Source: Alphaproteobacteria bacterium
GTDB taxonomy: Bacteria > Pseudomonadota > Alphaproteobacteria > MPNO01 > UBA830
Assembly: GCA_965221485.1 (NCBI GenBank)
Contig: OZ244893.1
Span: 3,515,726-3,579,725, forward strand
Reading direction: 5' to 3'
Length of the DNA stretch: 64,000 nt
The translations under genes were made by a program, and so were the position numbers. Of the stretch, positions 47,092-57,424 are shown one piece after another; the first letter of the stretch is position 1; each line of letters opens with the position of its first letter. The notes below the pieces were generated by a model, which was not told where the DNA came from, ran no database searches, and worked only from the letters and a program-made list of their open reading frames with translations.

Positions 47092-48894
47092 CTATTCGTC
47101 GCCAATGCGCAAGGCTTCAATGAACGCCGATTGCGGTATTTCCACGGAACCGAATTGGCGCATGCGTTTCTTGCCCCGCTTCTGCCTTTCCAGAAGTTTG
47201 CGTTTGCGGCTGACATCGCCTCCGTAACATTTCGAGGTAACATCCTTGCGCAATGCGGAAATGGTTTCCCTGGCGACAACCTTTCCACCGATCGCGGCCT
47301 GCAACGGGACCTTGAACAGTTGACGCGGGATCAGATCCTTGAGGCGGAGACAGATCGCCCGGCCCCGGTACTCGGCCTGACCCCGATGCACGATCATTGA
47401 CAGTGCATCCACAGATTCTCCGTTCACCAGTATCGCCAGCTTCACAAGCGCACCCACCTCATAGCCCGTCATCTGATAGTCGAAACTGGCATAACCGCGA
47501 CTGACGGATTTCAGCCGGTCATAGAAGTCGAAGACAACCTCATTGAGCGGAAGCTTGTAAACGACCATGGCGCGGCCTGCGACATAGGTCAATTCCTGCT
47601 GAATGCCCCGCCGTTCCTCGCATAACTTGAGAATCCCGCCAAGATGTTCGTCCGGCGCCATGATCGTGGCCCGGATCCACGGTTCCTCGATCTCCCTGAT
47701 CCGGACCGGGTTGGGCATGTCGGCCGGATTGTGCAGTTCGAGAACGGTGCCGTCCGTCAGCTGCACACGATAGATCACGGAAGGCGCCGTGGTCACCAGC
47801 TCGAGGTCGAATTCGCGTGTCAGTCTTTCCTGGATGATCTCGAGATGAAGCAGCCCGAGAAATCCGCAACGGAAACCCTGACCGAGCGCCGCGGACGTCT
47901 CGAGCTCGAAATGGAAAGATGCGTCGTTCAGCCGAAGTTTGGCGAGACTTTCCGCGAGATCCTGATAATCGGCTGCATCCACCGGGAAAAGACCACAGAA
48001 CACCACCGGGATGCTGGGTTTGAAACCAGGAAGTGCGTCGTCCGCAGTCGCGCGTTCGTCCGTTATCGTGTCGCCAACCTGAGCATCGGTCACAGCCTTG
48101 ATCGAAGCGGTAATGAAGCCGATTTCACCAGGACCGATGTCGCTGACAGCTGTTCGTTGGGGCTCGAATACGCCCACCCTGTCGACCTGGTGAACCGCGC
48201 CTGTTCCGATCATCCTGATTTTCATGCCCTTGCGCATGACTCCGTCATGGACCCGAACCAGCACGATCACACCCAGATAGGCATCATACCAGGAGTCGAC
48301 CAGAAGGGCCTTCAGGCGGTTGTCGCGGCTGCCGACAGGCGCCGGCAGGCGAGTGACAAGGGCCTCCAGAAGCTCCCCGACCCCTTCACCTGTTTTGGCC
48401 GAGACCACGATGGCGTCGTCACCGTCAAGGCCAATGACTTCCTCGACCTGTTGCCGGATCTGCTCCGGTTCGGCAGCGGGAAGGTCGATCTTGTTGAGGA
48501 CGGGAATGATTTCGTGACCGGCGTCAACGGCAAGATAGGCATTCGCAAGACTCTGGGCTTCGACGCCCTGGCTTGAGTCTATGATCAGGACCGATCCTTC
48601 ACAGGCGGCAAGGGACCGTGAAACCTCATAGGTGAAGTCCACATGACCTGGTGTGTCCATAAGGTTGAGCTGATAGGTCTCGCCGTCCCGTGCCCGGTAG
48701 GAAAGGCGTACGGTCTGTGCCTTGATCGTGATGCCGCGTTCCCGCTCGATATCCATCGTGTCGAGCATCTGTTCACGAAAGTTTCGTTCATCGACACCAC
48801 CGCATTCCTGGATCAGCCGGTCCGCCAGGGTTGACTTGCCATGATCAATATGGGCGATAATCGCAAAATTGCGGATGTGGCCGGGGTCCGTCAT
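47092..48894 (-). CDS. lepA: Elongation factor 4 (LepA)
   Basis: '[21 protein letters not shown]' and the LepA-specific C-terminal domain. The ATG at 48894 (MTDPGH...) is preferred to TTG 48915. Confidence 0.9.
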   Translation of the reverse strand: MTDPGHIRNFAIIAHIDHGKSTLADRLIQECGGVDERNFREQMLDTMDIERERGITIKAQTVRLSYRARDGETYQLNLMDTPGHVDFTYEVSRSLAACEGSVLIIDSSQGVEAQSLANAYLAVDAGHEIIPVLNKIDLPAAEPEQIRQQVEEVIGLDGDDAIVVSAKTGEGVGELLEALVTRLPAPVGSRDNRLKALLVDSWYDAYLGVIVLVRVHDGVMRKGMKIRMIGTGAVHQVDRVGVFEPQRTAVSDIGPGEIGFITASIKAVTDAQVGDTITDERATADDALPGFKPSIPVVFCGLFPVDAADYQDLAESLAKLRLNDASFHFELETSAALGQGFRCGFLGLLHLEIIQERLTREFDLELVTTAPSVIYRVQLTDGTVLELHNPADMPNPVRIREIEEPWIRATIMAPDEHLGGILKLCEERRGIQQELTYVAGRAMVVYKLPLNEVVFDFYDRLKSVSRGYASFDYQMTGYEVGALVKLAILVNGESVDALSMIVHRGQAEYRGRAICLRLKDLIPRQLFKVPLQAAIGGKVVARETISALRKDVTSKCYGGDVSRKRKLLERQKRGKKRMRQFGSVEIPQSAFIEALRIGDE

Positions 48895-48921
48895 GCCGTG
48901 CGGTTCTCTCGACAAATTCGA

Positions 48922-51333
48922 TCAGCCTCTCAGAACACCGCCGGTCCGTTTCTCGACAGATCGTGCAACCTTTTCCATCAGGGCGTTGATTTGCTCGTCA
49001 GTCAGAGAGGCCTGGGTCGGCTGCAGGGTCAGTGAAATCGCGACAGACTTGCGATTGTCACCAAGGGTCCCGCCTTCAAACACATCGAACACCCCGACAT
49101 TCGTGATCAGGGTACGATCGGCGGACTTTGCAGCCTGGAGAATATCAGAAGCAGCGATGCCTGAGTCCACCACGAATGCGAGATCCCGGCTTACCGGCTG
49201 CAGGGGTGCCAGCTGAAGAGTGCTTCGTTTGCTGCCGCCCGCCCGGCTTCGGGGCAACGGGATGTTGTCAAGATTGATCGCGAATGCAGATGCAGGTCCC
49301 TGCATGTCCAGAGAGCCAAGTATTCCGGGATGAAGGTCACCAAAGGAAGCAATGACGGTCTTACCCAGACGAAAAACCCCGGACCGCCCGGGATGGAACC
49401 AACCAGGTGCATCTCGGGACACCTGAAGGTTGGCGACAGGCGCGCCCACCGCTTCCAGGGCTGTCAGCACATCCGCCTTGACATCCCAGAGAGAGACCGT
49501 TTCCGTCGGCTTCAACCAGATGCGGTCTTCGCAGTTGCCCACCCTGATGCCAGCTGCGACGGTCAACTGTCCGGCTTCATCGTCCCCGACATATTCCGGG
49601 CCCACCTCGAACAGGGCGATATCGCGATAGCCCCGGGCCGCATTGCGTTTCGCTGCCTCAAGCAGATTGGGGAGGATGGATGGTCGCATCACGTCGAGAT
49701 CTGCCGAGATCGGGTTGTCAATCCGCAAGGAATCTGACGAGAAACCAAATTTCTCAGCGGTTTCCCGCTTCATGAAAGAGAAAGTGACGGCTTCAACCAT
49801 ACCGCGTGAGGCCAGGGCTCGCCGCATGACGGCGATTCGCTTCTGAACCGGAGACCAGGCCCGACCGGATACCGATGTTTCGCGTTGCAACGGCATCACC
49901 GGGATGTCGTTGTACCCCCGGATCCGCAAGACTTCTTCTACCAGATCGGCCTCGCCGTCAATGTCCGGACGCCAGGACGGCGGACAGGTCCGGATCAGGC
50001 CATCTCCGCTGTCCCGCGGATCAAAGCCGAGTGCGCCGAGTATACGCACCTGATCTTCACCGGACACGTCCAGTCCGCCCAGTGAGGCGGCCCGGCTCTT
50101 GCGCAGCACGACCTCGCGACGCCAATCGGGCATCGTGCCCGCCATGGTCAGGCGTGAGGCTTCGCCGCCGCACAGTTCGAGAATCAATCGGGTGGCGACA
50201 TGAGCGCCCCAAAATGCGGACTCCGGATCAACGCCACGCTCGAACCGGTATCGTGCATCCGACAGGATGTCGAGCATCCGACCGGTATTGGCTGTGCGAA
50301 CAGGATCGAACAGCGCGACCTCCAGGAAGGCAACCGATGTCGTTTCGGAGCAGCCCGAGAAAGCTCCTCCCATCACTCCGCCGATACCCTGCACGCGGCT
50401 GGAATCGGAGATGACGGTCATCGATGGCTGCAACCGGTAGTCATTGCCATCGAGTGCCAGGATCGACTCGTCTTTTTTCGCAAGTCGCATGACAAGGTCG
50501 CCGGACAGCTGGTCCGCATCAAAGACATGAAGCGGCCGGGCAAGGTCGATGCTGACATAGTTCGTAATATCGACCAGCGCTGAGATGGGGCGAAGCCCCA
50601 CAGCGTTCAGGCGTTCCTTCAGCCATGCCGGGCTTTCTCCATTGCGAAGGTTTCTGAACATGCGGCCGATAACAAGCGGGCAGGCGTTCGAGGCATCTTC
50701 GGGCAGGTCGCGCTGCCACTGGATGGGGGAGTCGAATGTCCCGTCGATTTCCGGCGCATCGAGAGGTTTGAGCTGGCCGAGCCCGGCGGCAGCAAGGTCC
50801 CTTGCGATGCCGCGCACACCGGCGCAGTCGGGTCGATTGGGAGTGAGCGCCACGTCAATCACCGGATCGCACAGGCCCAGATAGTCCGCGGCAGGTGTCC
50901 CGATGCGGGCATCGTCAGATAACTCGACAATGCCTTCGTGATCGTCGGACAGCCCCATCTCCCGTTCCGAGAGAAGCATTCCGTTCGATTCCTGGCCGCG
51001 AATCGAGGACTTCCTGAGCGTTATTCCGGTCCCTGGTATATGACTGCCTGCCGGAGCAAACACACCCTTCATACCGCTTCGCGCATTGGGTGCGCCGCAG
51101 ACAACCTGGATCGGTTCACCGCCTCCGTCATCGACCATGCAAACCTGCAGTCGATCGGCGTCAGGGTGTCTTCGCGCAGAGACAACATGGGCTACGCGGA
51201 AGCCGGACAGACTCTCGGCCCGATCGTCGACGCCTTCAACTTCCAGGCCGATCATCGAGAGAGTTTCGACGATTTCCGGCAGCGGACGATCGGTCTCGAG
51301 ATGCTCCTTCAACCATCCGAACGTAAATTTCAT
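48922..51333 (-). CDS. pheT: Phenylalanine--tRNA ligase beta subunit
   Basis: 'MKFTFGWLKEHL' canonical N-terminus with tRNA-binding, B3/B4, B5 and FDX-ACB domains. The Met at 51333 is 4 nt after the pheS stop. Confidence 0.9.
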   Translation of the reverse strand: MKFTFGWLKEHLETDRPLPEIVETLSMIGLEVEGVDDRAESLSGFRVAHVVSARRHPDADRLQVCMVDDGGGEPIQVVCGAPNARSGMKGVFAPAGSHIPGTGITLRKSSIRGQESNGMLLSEREMGLSDDHEGIVELSDDARIGTPAADYLGLCDPVIDVALTPNRPDCAGVRGIARDLAAAGLGQLKPLDAPEIDGTFDSPIQWQRDLPEDASNACPLVIGRMFRNLRNGESPAWLKERLNAVGLRPISALVDITNYVSIDLARPLHVFDADQLSGDLVMRLAKKDESILALDGNDYRLQPSMTVISDSSRVQGIGGVMGGAFSGCSETTSVAFLEVALFDPVRTANTGRMLDILSDARYRFERGVDPESAFWGAHVATRLILELCGGEASRLTMAGTMPDWRREVVLRKSRAASLGGLDVSGEDQVRILGALGFDPRDSGDGLIRTCPPSWRPDIDGEADLVEEVLRIRGYNDIPVMPLQRETSVSGRAWSPVQKRIAVMRRALASRGMVEAVTFSFMKRETAEKFGFSSDSLRIDNPISADLDVMRPSILPNLLEAAKRNAARGYRDIALFEVGPEYVGDDEAGQLTVAAGIRVGNCEDRIWLKPTETVSLWDVKADVLTALEAVGAPVANLQVSRDAPGWFHPGRSGVFRLGKTVIASFGDLHPGILGSLDMQGPASAFAINLDNIPLPRSRAGGSKRSTLQLAPLQPVSRDLAFVVDSGIAASDILQAAKSADRTLITNVGVFDVFEGGTLGDNRKSVAISLTLQPTQASLTDEQINALMEKVARSVEKRTGGVLRG

Positions 51334-51337
51334 CGCT

Positions 51338-52438
51338 TCAGTCCCCGGCAAGCCCGGTGACGACGTTGGGCTGATCAAGCCCCAGAAAACCGTAATGCCG
51401 CAGCCAGCGGATATCCGATTCATAGAAGGTGCGGAGGTCAGGTATGCCGTATTTCAGCATTGCGGCGCGCTCGATGCCCATACCGAACGCAAAACCCTGG
51501 TAGCGATCCGGATCGATCCCGCAAATTTCCAGGACCCGGGGGTTGACCATGCCGGAACCCAGGATCTCGAGCCAGTCCGGGGAACCGGAATCGGTGGAAT
51601 GGCCGATGGAGAGACCGCCGCCGGACCAGGAACAGCCGATATCCACCTCGGCCGACGGTTCCGTGAACGGGAAATAGGAAGGCCGAAAGCGAACCGGCAA
51701 ATCGTCCACTCCGAAGAACGCCCGGCAGAACTCGATCAGGCAGCCCTTGAGATGCCCCATATGGGTATGCTCATCAACCACCAGCCCTTCGATCTGGTGG
51801 AACATCGGTGAATGGGTCGCGTCGTGGTCGGCGCGGAACGTTCTTCCTGGAACGACAATCCTGATCGGTGGTTCGGTTGCCATCATGGTCCGGATCTGGA
51901 CCGGAGATGTGTGGGTGCGAAGCACCATGCGGGAACCATCCGCGCGGGGCGCCAGATAGAAGGTGTCGTGATCCTGACGTGCAGGATGTTCAGGGGGGAT
52001 GTTGAGCGCCGTAAAATTGTTGAAGTCGGTCTCGATATGTGGACCCTCGGCCACGGTGAAACCCATCTCGCAGAAAATTGCGACCATTTCGTCAATGGTC
52101 TGGCTGATGGGATGGATGCGTCCGGTCAGGGTCGGAGAGACAGGCAGGGTAATGTCGACCCGGTCCTGTTCCAGTCCTCGCTCGATGGCTTCATCCTCAA
52201 GCGTCTTCTTGCGTTGCTCAATGGCATCGGAAACCACGCCTTTCAGGCGATTGAGCGTCTGACCGGCGGTGCGGCGCTCTTCCGGCGGCAGCTGTCCGAT
52301 CCCCCGTGCCATCTGTGTGATGCTTCCCGATCGCCCAAGGCACTGGACGCGAATGTCTTCGAGCTGTGTCAGGTCGCCTGCAGAGTCGACCTGCTGCAGC
52401 AATTCGCCTCGCATCTGATCAAGGTCTTGTATCGACAT
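51338..52438 (-). CDS. pheS: Phenylalanine--tRNA ligase alpha subunit
   Basis: Class II aaRS motifs ('FRPSYFPFTEPSAEVDI', 'GSGMVNPRVL'). The start MSIQDL has RBS GGGAG. Confidence 0.9.
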   Translation of the reverse strand: MSIQDLDQMRGELLQQVDSAGDLTQLEDIRVQCLGRSGSITQMARGIGQLPPEERRTAGQTLNRLKGVVSDAIEQRKKTLEDEAIERGLEQDRVDITLPVSPTLTGRIHPISQTIDEMVAIFCEMGFTVAEGPHIETDFNNFTALNIPPEHPARQDHDTFYLAPRADGSRMVLRTHTSPVQIRTMMATEPPIRIVVPGRTFRADHDATHSPMFHQIEGLVVDEHTHMGHLKGCLIEFCRAFFGVDDLPVRFRPSYFPFTEPSAEVDIGCSWSGGGLSIGHSTDSGSPDWLEILGSGMVNPRVLEICGIDPDRYQGFAFGMGIERAAMLKYGIPDLRTFYESDIRWLRHYGFLGLDQPNVVTGLAGD

Positions 52439-52624
52439 GAATTGACTCCCGTACGGAACCGCACGGTTCACCCTGACATCGCCGCCAATTCTCCCGCCCC
52501 GTGGCCGCGTCCCCGGAACCAGCTCCGTGCCGGGGAGGCAGGCTGCGCCGCCATGCAGCCCTGCCGGAGGGATCGGGCCGCAATACCGGCTGCGTGGCGG
52601 GACGCTTCCCGGAAATCGACAGAC

Positions 52625-52990
52625 TTACGCCGGGTCTCCGAGGGCTGACTTGGCCCGGTCAACGACCTGGCCAAAGGCTTCCGGTTCTCTCACCGCAAGG
52701 TCGGCGAGAACCTTTCGGTCCAGTTCGATTCCCGCCTGCTTCACGCCGTGCATGAACCGGGAATATGTCAGACCGTGTTCCCGAACACCGGCGTTGATGC
52801 GCTGGATCCACAATGCGCGGAAATTGCGCTTTCGAGTCCGGCGGTCGCGATAGGCATACTGTTCAGCCCGCTCGACCCGCTCGATCGCAACCCTGAATGC
52901 CTTGGAATTCCGACCGCGGTAGCCCTTGGCCTTCTTGAGGACCTTCTTGTGTCGGGCGTGGGACGTAACGCCCCGTTTGACTCTCGCCAT
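52625..52990 (-). CDS. rplT: 50S ribosomal protein L20
   Basis: '[26 protein letters not shown]' and 121 aa. Confidence 0.95.
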   Translation of the reverse strand: MARVKRGVTSHARHKKVLKKAKGYRGRNSKAFRVAIERVERAEQYAYRDRRTRKRNFRALWIQRINAGVREHGLTYSRFMHGVKQAGIELDRKVLADLAVREPEAFGQVVDRAKSALGDPA

Positions 52991-53004
52991 AATTCCCGAG
53001 CTCC

Positions 53005-53202
53005 TCAGGCGTAGGGCAGATAGGATCGTACGATGCGTGCGTCGGCGTCCGCCATGACCTGCGTGCCCCGCGCGTTACGCTTCATCTTCTGCGAACGTCG
53101 TCTGAGATTATGCCGCTTCTTCGCAAAGTTCGATCGGAGCTTGCCGCTCCCGGTGGCGGAAAAACGCTTCTTCGCGCCACTCTTGGACTTGAGCTTGGGC
53201 AT
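53005..53202 (-). CDS. rpmI: 50S ribosomal protein L35
   Basis: '[14 protein letters not shown]' and 65 aa, directly upstream of rplT. Confidence 0.9.
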   Translation of the reverse strand: MPKLKSKSGAKKRFSATGSGKLRSNFAKKRHNLRRRSQKMKRNARGTQVMADADARIVRSYLPYA

Positions 53203-53518
53203 TTCGGCCTCCTTTGTCCGACGGTTTCGTCAAGGCGGTCAGAAACGACCACGGCATGCCCTTTCCTGGCCGGATCGTTCGTCACATAGGCAATTATCCC
53301 TGGCGCGATGCGTCAGGGTGGCGGGGTTATACGCTCTCAGCCTGATCTGCGCAAGCCGGAGGCCGCCGAAACCGCCACCGGACACAACCGGACCGTCCCG
53401 ACAGATCTCAGGCCCGGCCGCGGCTTGTCAGGAGAGGCGAGAGACTCGCCGCACAGCCTCGTGAACGGACAGGCTTGGGTTTCGGTCAGGAAATCGTTTG
53501 GTCAGGGAATCGGGGCGA

Positions 53519-53839
53519 TCAGAGCGAGGCGTTGATCCACTCGACAAGCTTGCCTTTCGGGAGAGCGCCAACCTTCGTTGCAGCCAGTTCACCATCCCTG
53601 AAAATCATCAGGGTCGGGATGCCCCGGACGCCATATTTGCTCGGTGTCATCGGATTCTCGTCGATGTTGATCTTGGCGATCGTGATTTCCGAAGCCATTT
53701 CCTCGGAAATTTGCTCGAGCGAGGGGCCGATCTGTTTGCAGGGCCCGCACCACTCGGCCCAGAAATCAACCAGAACCGGTCCATTGGCGCCGAGAACGTC
53801 ACTCTCAAAGGAATCGTCAGTTACCGCTTTGCTTGCCAT
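53519..53839 (-). CDS. trxA: Thioredoxin
   Basis: 'WAEWCGPCK' active site and 106 aa from Met 53839. Confidence 0.9.
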   Translation of the reverse strand: MASKAVTDDSFESDVLGANGPVLVDFWAEWCGPCKQIGPSLEQISEEMASEITIAKINIDENPMTPSKYGVRGIPTLMIFRDGELAATKVGALPKGKLVEWINASL

Positions 53840-53959
53840 ATCAGAGACCGGGCTCCATCCCAACGTTATGCTTCTCCGGATTTCCCGTGTCAGGCGCGTT
53901 CGATATCCAGGCGCCACGGGAATGCCACGGCAGAAAACTAGAGTGGCGGCAACTGCAGG

Positions 53960-56900
53960 TCAAGGCAAGTGGGGCCCGAGCAATTCGGGATCCAGCGTCA
54001 TCAGAACCGGACCATCTGTCCACAGCAGGAAACACTCGATGTTCCGGCCCCGGAATATCTGTGACAGGATGGCGTGGTAAGCGGCCATTTGACGAAGATA
54101 CACGACCGGAATAGCTGAGGGTTCTGCCGGTCTCGGGCGGTTCGTCTTGTAATCGACGATCCGCACCACATCATCCAGAACCAGCAGGCGGTCAATACGC
54201 CCCGAAACCTGGACATCTCCAACCCGGCCGACGATCGGAACCTCGGCTCGGGAAGCCGACCCGAACAATGACCGGTAATCCGGATGGCCAAGAACAGCCA
54301 GGGTCTCGTCCAGTATGGAGTCCACCGTCTCCCCATCAAGTGCGTGAACTGGGCGCTCCAGAAATATCCGTGCTGCAGCCCGGCGCCTGTCTTCTGCGAG
54401 TGCTGGCAGAAACTGCAGCAACGCGTGAATGAGAAGGCCCCTCTGGAACGCCTTGCCCTGATCGTGACCAAGCGGTGAGATGACCGTGGGCTCCAGGTCG
54501 TTCCGCAACCGGGTTGCAGTCGCGGGGCGCATGGCGCCGGTTTCTTCGGGCGCTGGCCGCATGGCCCAATCGGGCAGAGGCAGCTGCTGATCCTGTGTTT
54601 TACCTTCCCGGCGTCGACGATCGGGTTGCGCTTTCTGTATGCCTTGCAGTCGCAGACCATAACGGATATCGCCCCCGTCCTGCCCTTCTTCCATGCAGGA
54701 AAAGTCGAAAGGCTGCGCTATGGGTTGCAGACTGTCATGCACAAGCCAGTACCAGGCTTCGTCCCTTCGCTGGTTGCCCGAGTGGCCGCAGACATAGAGA
54801 CGGTCTTCCGCACGGGTCATTGCGACATACAAAAGACGCCGGTATTCCTCGAGGCTGCGCTTCCTTTCCTCCACGATCAGGTCCTGTGCCAGGTCAGTCC
54901 GGATCTCGGCCCGGGGAGTCCAGAGCATCAGTGGCTTTGTACCGGCGTCTTCCGCAGCCCACATCAATCCGGAAGGGAAGGGCGGCAGCTGCATTGTGTC
55001 GGCGAGGATGACAATCGGAGCCTGAAGCCCCTTGGCTCCATGGACGGTCAGGATACGGACTTCGTCGCGAACAGGCTGGCTCATGTCGCGAACGATTTCC
55101 TCCTGTCCTTCCTCGAACCAGTGCAGAAAGCCGGACAGGGAGGGGATGTTGGACTGTTCATAAGACAGGGCAAGTGCAAGCGTTTCGTCAATCGGATCGT
55201 CAGCTTCGTCTCCCAGCCGTTCGACGATGCGTCGTCGTCCGCCCAGGGGGCCGAGAATATGGGCGAAAAACTCGAACGGCGGCTTCATATCGGCCAGTCG
55301 CATGACTTCGGCGAGAAATGCCACGGCTTCTCGTGATGCGGTGTCGGTTCGCGCGCACAAGGATTGCCAGACCGTTCGTGTTCCACGCCCATGGCAAACC
55401 TCGAACAGCTGCTCTTCGTCGAAGCCTATCAAGGGGCCCTTCAGGATGGCGGCCAGATTGAGATTATCCTCAGGAAGACAGGCGAACCGGGCAACTGCAA
55501 CCAGGTCCCAGACAGCGAGTTGCTCTCCAACCGCCATTCGGTCGATTCCCGCGACCTCGATACCGCGGGACCTGAGCGCGGTCATGATTTGCCGAACGAG
55601 ATCGGAGCGCCTTCTGACCAGCACCATGATGTCGCCGGGTCGAATGGCCCGACCTGCGCTTTCGAGCTGCTCGCCGCTGCTGATCCAGGCGTGAATCTGC
55701 CCTGCGATAACGCCAGCGAGGCGCTGGGCCGCCGTGAGGGTGCGGTCCACCTCCTGCCATGGCGGGCCTGTCCCGGCACGATCTTCTTTCATGGGCGGCC
55801 AGAGTTCGACCTGCCCCGCCTGTCCGTGGCGGTGGGCGTGATGACGGATGGGGCTTTCCGAAACCCCCTCCCGGACTTCCGCCGTTTCGAAAACGGCATC
55901 AACTGCTGTCAATACGGCTTCCGTAGATCGAAACGAGACCTCAAGCGGTATCTGCAGCCAGTCCTTTCCGGCCTCCCTGCATTTTGTCTCGAAATACCGG
56001 TTCATCCGGGTGAACTCTTCCGGGGCAGCGCCCTGGAAGCGGAAAATCGACTGCTTTCCGTCACCGACGGCGAATACGGTTCGTGACCGGGTTGCCGCAC
56101 CTTCTCCGGAAAACATCTCGGCAGTGATGGCGCGAACGACCGCCCATTGGTCCGCGTTGCTGTCCTGGGCCTCGTCAATCAGAATATGGTCAAGACCGCC
56201 ATCGAGTTTGTAGAGGACCCAGGGAGTGGCCCGTTCGACGAGGGCTCGCGCCTTGAGTATGAGGTCGTCGTAATCCAGCAGGGCATGGTTGCGCTTGTAG
56301 GAATCGAACCGGGCTGTCAGGGCGGTCGCGATCCTGAGAACCGCAGAGGTCGCTTCGGCTGACAGTACAGCCTTGCGCCGGTCGAGGACAGCCTGAACGC
56401 GCCTCGCTTCCCGATCGAGAATTTCGATCAGGCCGGGCTTCTGTCTCTGCGCCTGTCTTGTGGCAAGCCGCTGACGCACATGACCGTCCCGTGTCAGGTA
56501 GACCAGCGCGTAGTCCTGAAAACCGTCGATGCGCGCCGACTCGTCGTCGAGCCATCTCTGGATGCACGCTGATCGTTTTCTGTCGTTTTCCGCTCCCGCT
56601 GCCAATGCTGTTGCAGCTTGCCTGATGTCCCGTTCCGGGAAGGCTCCGTCCCGACAGGCCGCTTCCATCAGCCCCGACTCGGTTTCCTCCTTTCCCACGC
56701 CCAGCCGGTTCCTGAGGTCGGTCAGAACGCCGTCAAGATCGCCATGGGCTTCCACGAGACGCTGGATCCGCCCCCGCTCCTGAATGATGTCTCTCAGGAT
56801 CTGGGAGAACTGATCCTCGTTCAGCCAATCGGTGATGACCTGGATTGCAGGGCCGAGATCGGACTCCTGATCCTTCCAGGCACGGGTCAATACGTCATTA

Positions 56901-57424
56901 CGTATGGACTCGAGCGTTTCGCGAGCGGATCGTTCATCCATGACGGTGAAGTGCGGCACAACATCGGCCTCAAGCGGAAACCTGCCGAGAAGGGATTCGC
57001 AAAATGCATGAATGGTCTGGATTCGTACGCCGCCCGGTGTATCAAGGAACGAAGCGAACAGTCCGCGTGCGGTCTCGATGATGGCAGGATCTTCATGGTC
57101 TCCGGTCAGGGCACGCAGGTTTCCGGACAGGACCTCGTCAGTTGCAACGGCCCATTCTCCCAGGCGGTCACGAATGCGAATCTGCATCTCTGTGGCTGCG
57201 GCCCGTGTAAATGTCAGGCAAAGGATTCGGTGCGGTTCGGTGCCGGCCAGCAACAGACGCAACACGCGGTCTGCGAGGACCTTGGTCTTGCCGGATCCTG
57301 CTGACGCCGAAACCCATACACTCGATTGGGGTCGCGACGCCCGCAACTGTTCGCGATACGTTGTTATCTGCGGTGCGGCCGCAAGTCCGTCCGCTGTCAC
57401 GAGTCTTCCAGGGTGTTGACCCAT
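53960..57424 (-). CDS. addA: Double-strand break repair helicase-nuclease AddA
   Basis: UvrD-type helicase motifs (Walker A 'ASAGSGKTKVL') plus a C-terminal PD-(D/E)XK nuclease domain. Paired with addB immediately upstream, overlapping it by 28 nt. Confidence 0.85.
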   Translation of the reverse strand: MGQHPGRLVTADGLAAAPQITTYREQLRASRPQSSVWVSASAGSGKTKVLADRVLRLLLAGTEPHRILCLTFTRAAATEMQIRIRDRLGEWAVATDEVLSGNLRALTGDHEDPAIIETARGLFASFLDTPGGVRIQTIHAFCESLLGRFPLEADVVPHFTVMDERSARETLESIRNDVLTRAWKDQESDLGPAIQVITDWLNEDQFSQILRDIIQERGRIQRLVEAHGDLDGVLTDLRNRLGVGKEETESGLMEAACRDGAFPERDIRQAATALAAGAENDRKRSACIQRWLDDESARIDGFQDYALVYLTRDGHVRQRLATRQAQRQKPGLIEILDREARRVQAVLDRRKAVLSAEATSAVLRIATALTARFDSYKRNHALLDYDDLILKARALVERATPWVLYKLDGGLDHILIDEAQDSNADQWAVVRAITAEMFSGEGAATRSRTVFAVGDGKQSIFRFQGAAPEEFTRMNRYFETKCREAGKDWLQIPLEVSFRSTEAVLTAVDAVFETAEVREGVSESPIRHHAHRHGQAGQVELWPPMKEDRAGTGPPWQEVDRTLTAAQRLAGVIAGQIHAWISSGEQLESAGRAIRPGDIMVLVRRRSDLVRQIMTALRSRGIEVAGIDRMAVGEQLAVWDLVAVARFACLPEDNLNLAAILKGPLIGFDEEQLFEVCHGRGTRTVWQSLCARTDTASREAVAFLAEVMRLADMKPPFEFFAHILGPLGGRRRIVERLGDEADDPIDETLALALSYEQSNIPSLSGFLHWFEEGQEEIVRDMSQPVRDEVRILTVHGAKGLQAPIVILADTMQLPPFPSGLMWAAEDAGTKPLMLWTPRAEIRTDLAQDLIVEERKRSLEEYRRLLYVAMTRAEDRLYVCGHSGNQRRDEAWYWLVHDSLQPIAQPFDFSCMEEGQDGGDIRYGLRLQGIQKAQPDRRRREGKTQDQQLPLPDWAMRPAPEETGAMRPATATRLRNDLEPTVISPLGHDQGKAFQRGLLIHALLQFLPALAEDRRRAAARIFLERPVHALDGETVDSILDETLAVLGHPDYRSLFGSASRAEVPIVGRVGDVQVSGRIDRLLVLDDVVRIVDYKTNRPRPAEPSAIPVVYLRQMAAYHAILSQIFRGRNIECFLLWTDGPVLMTLDPELLGPHLP

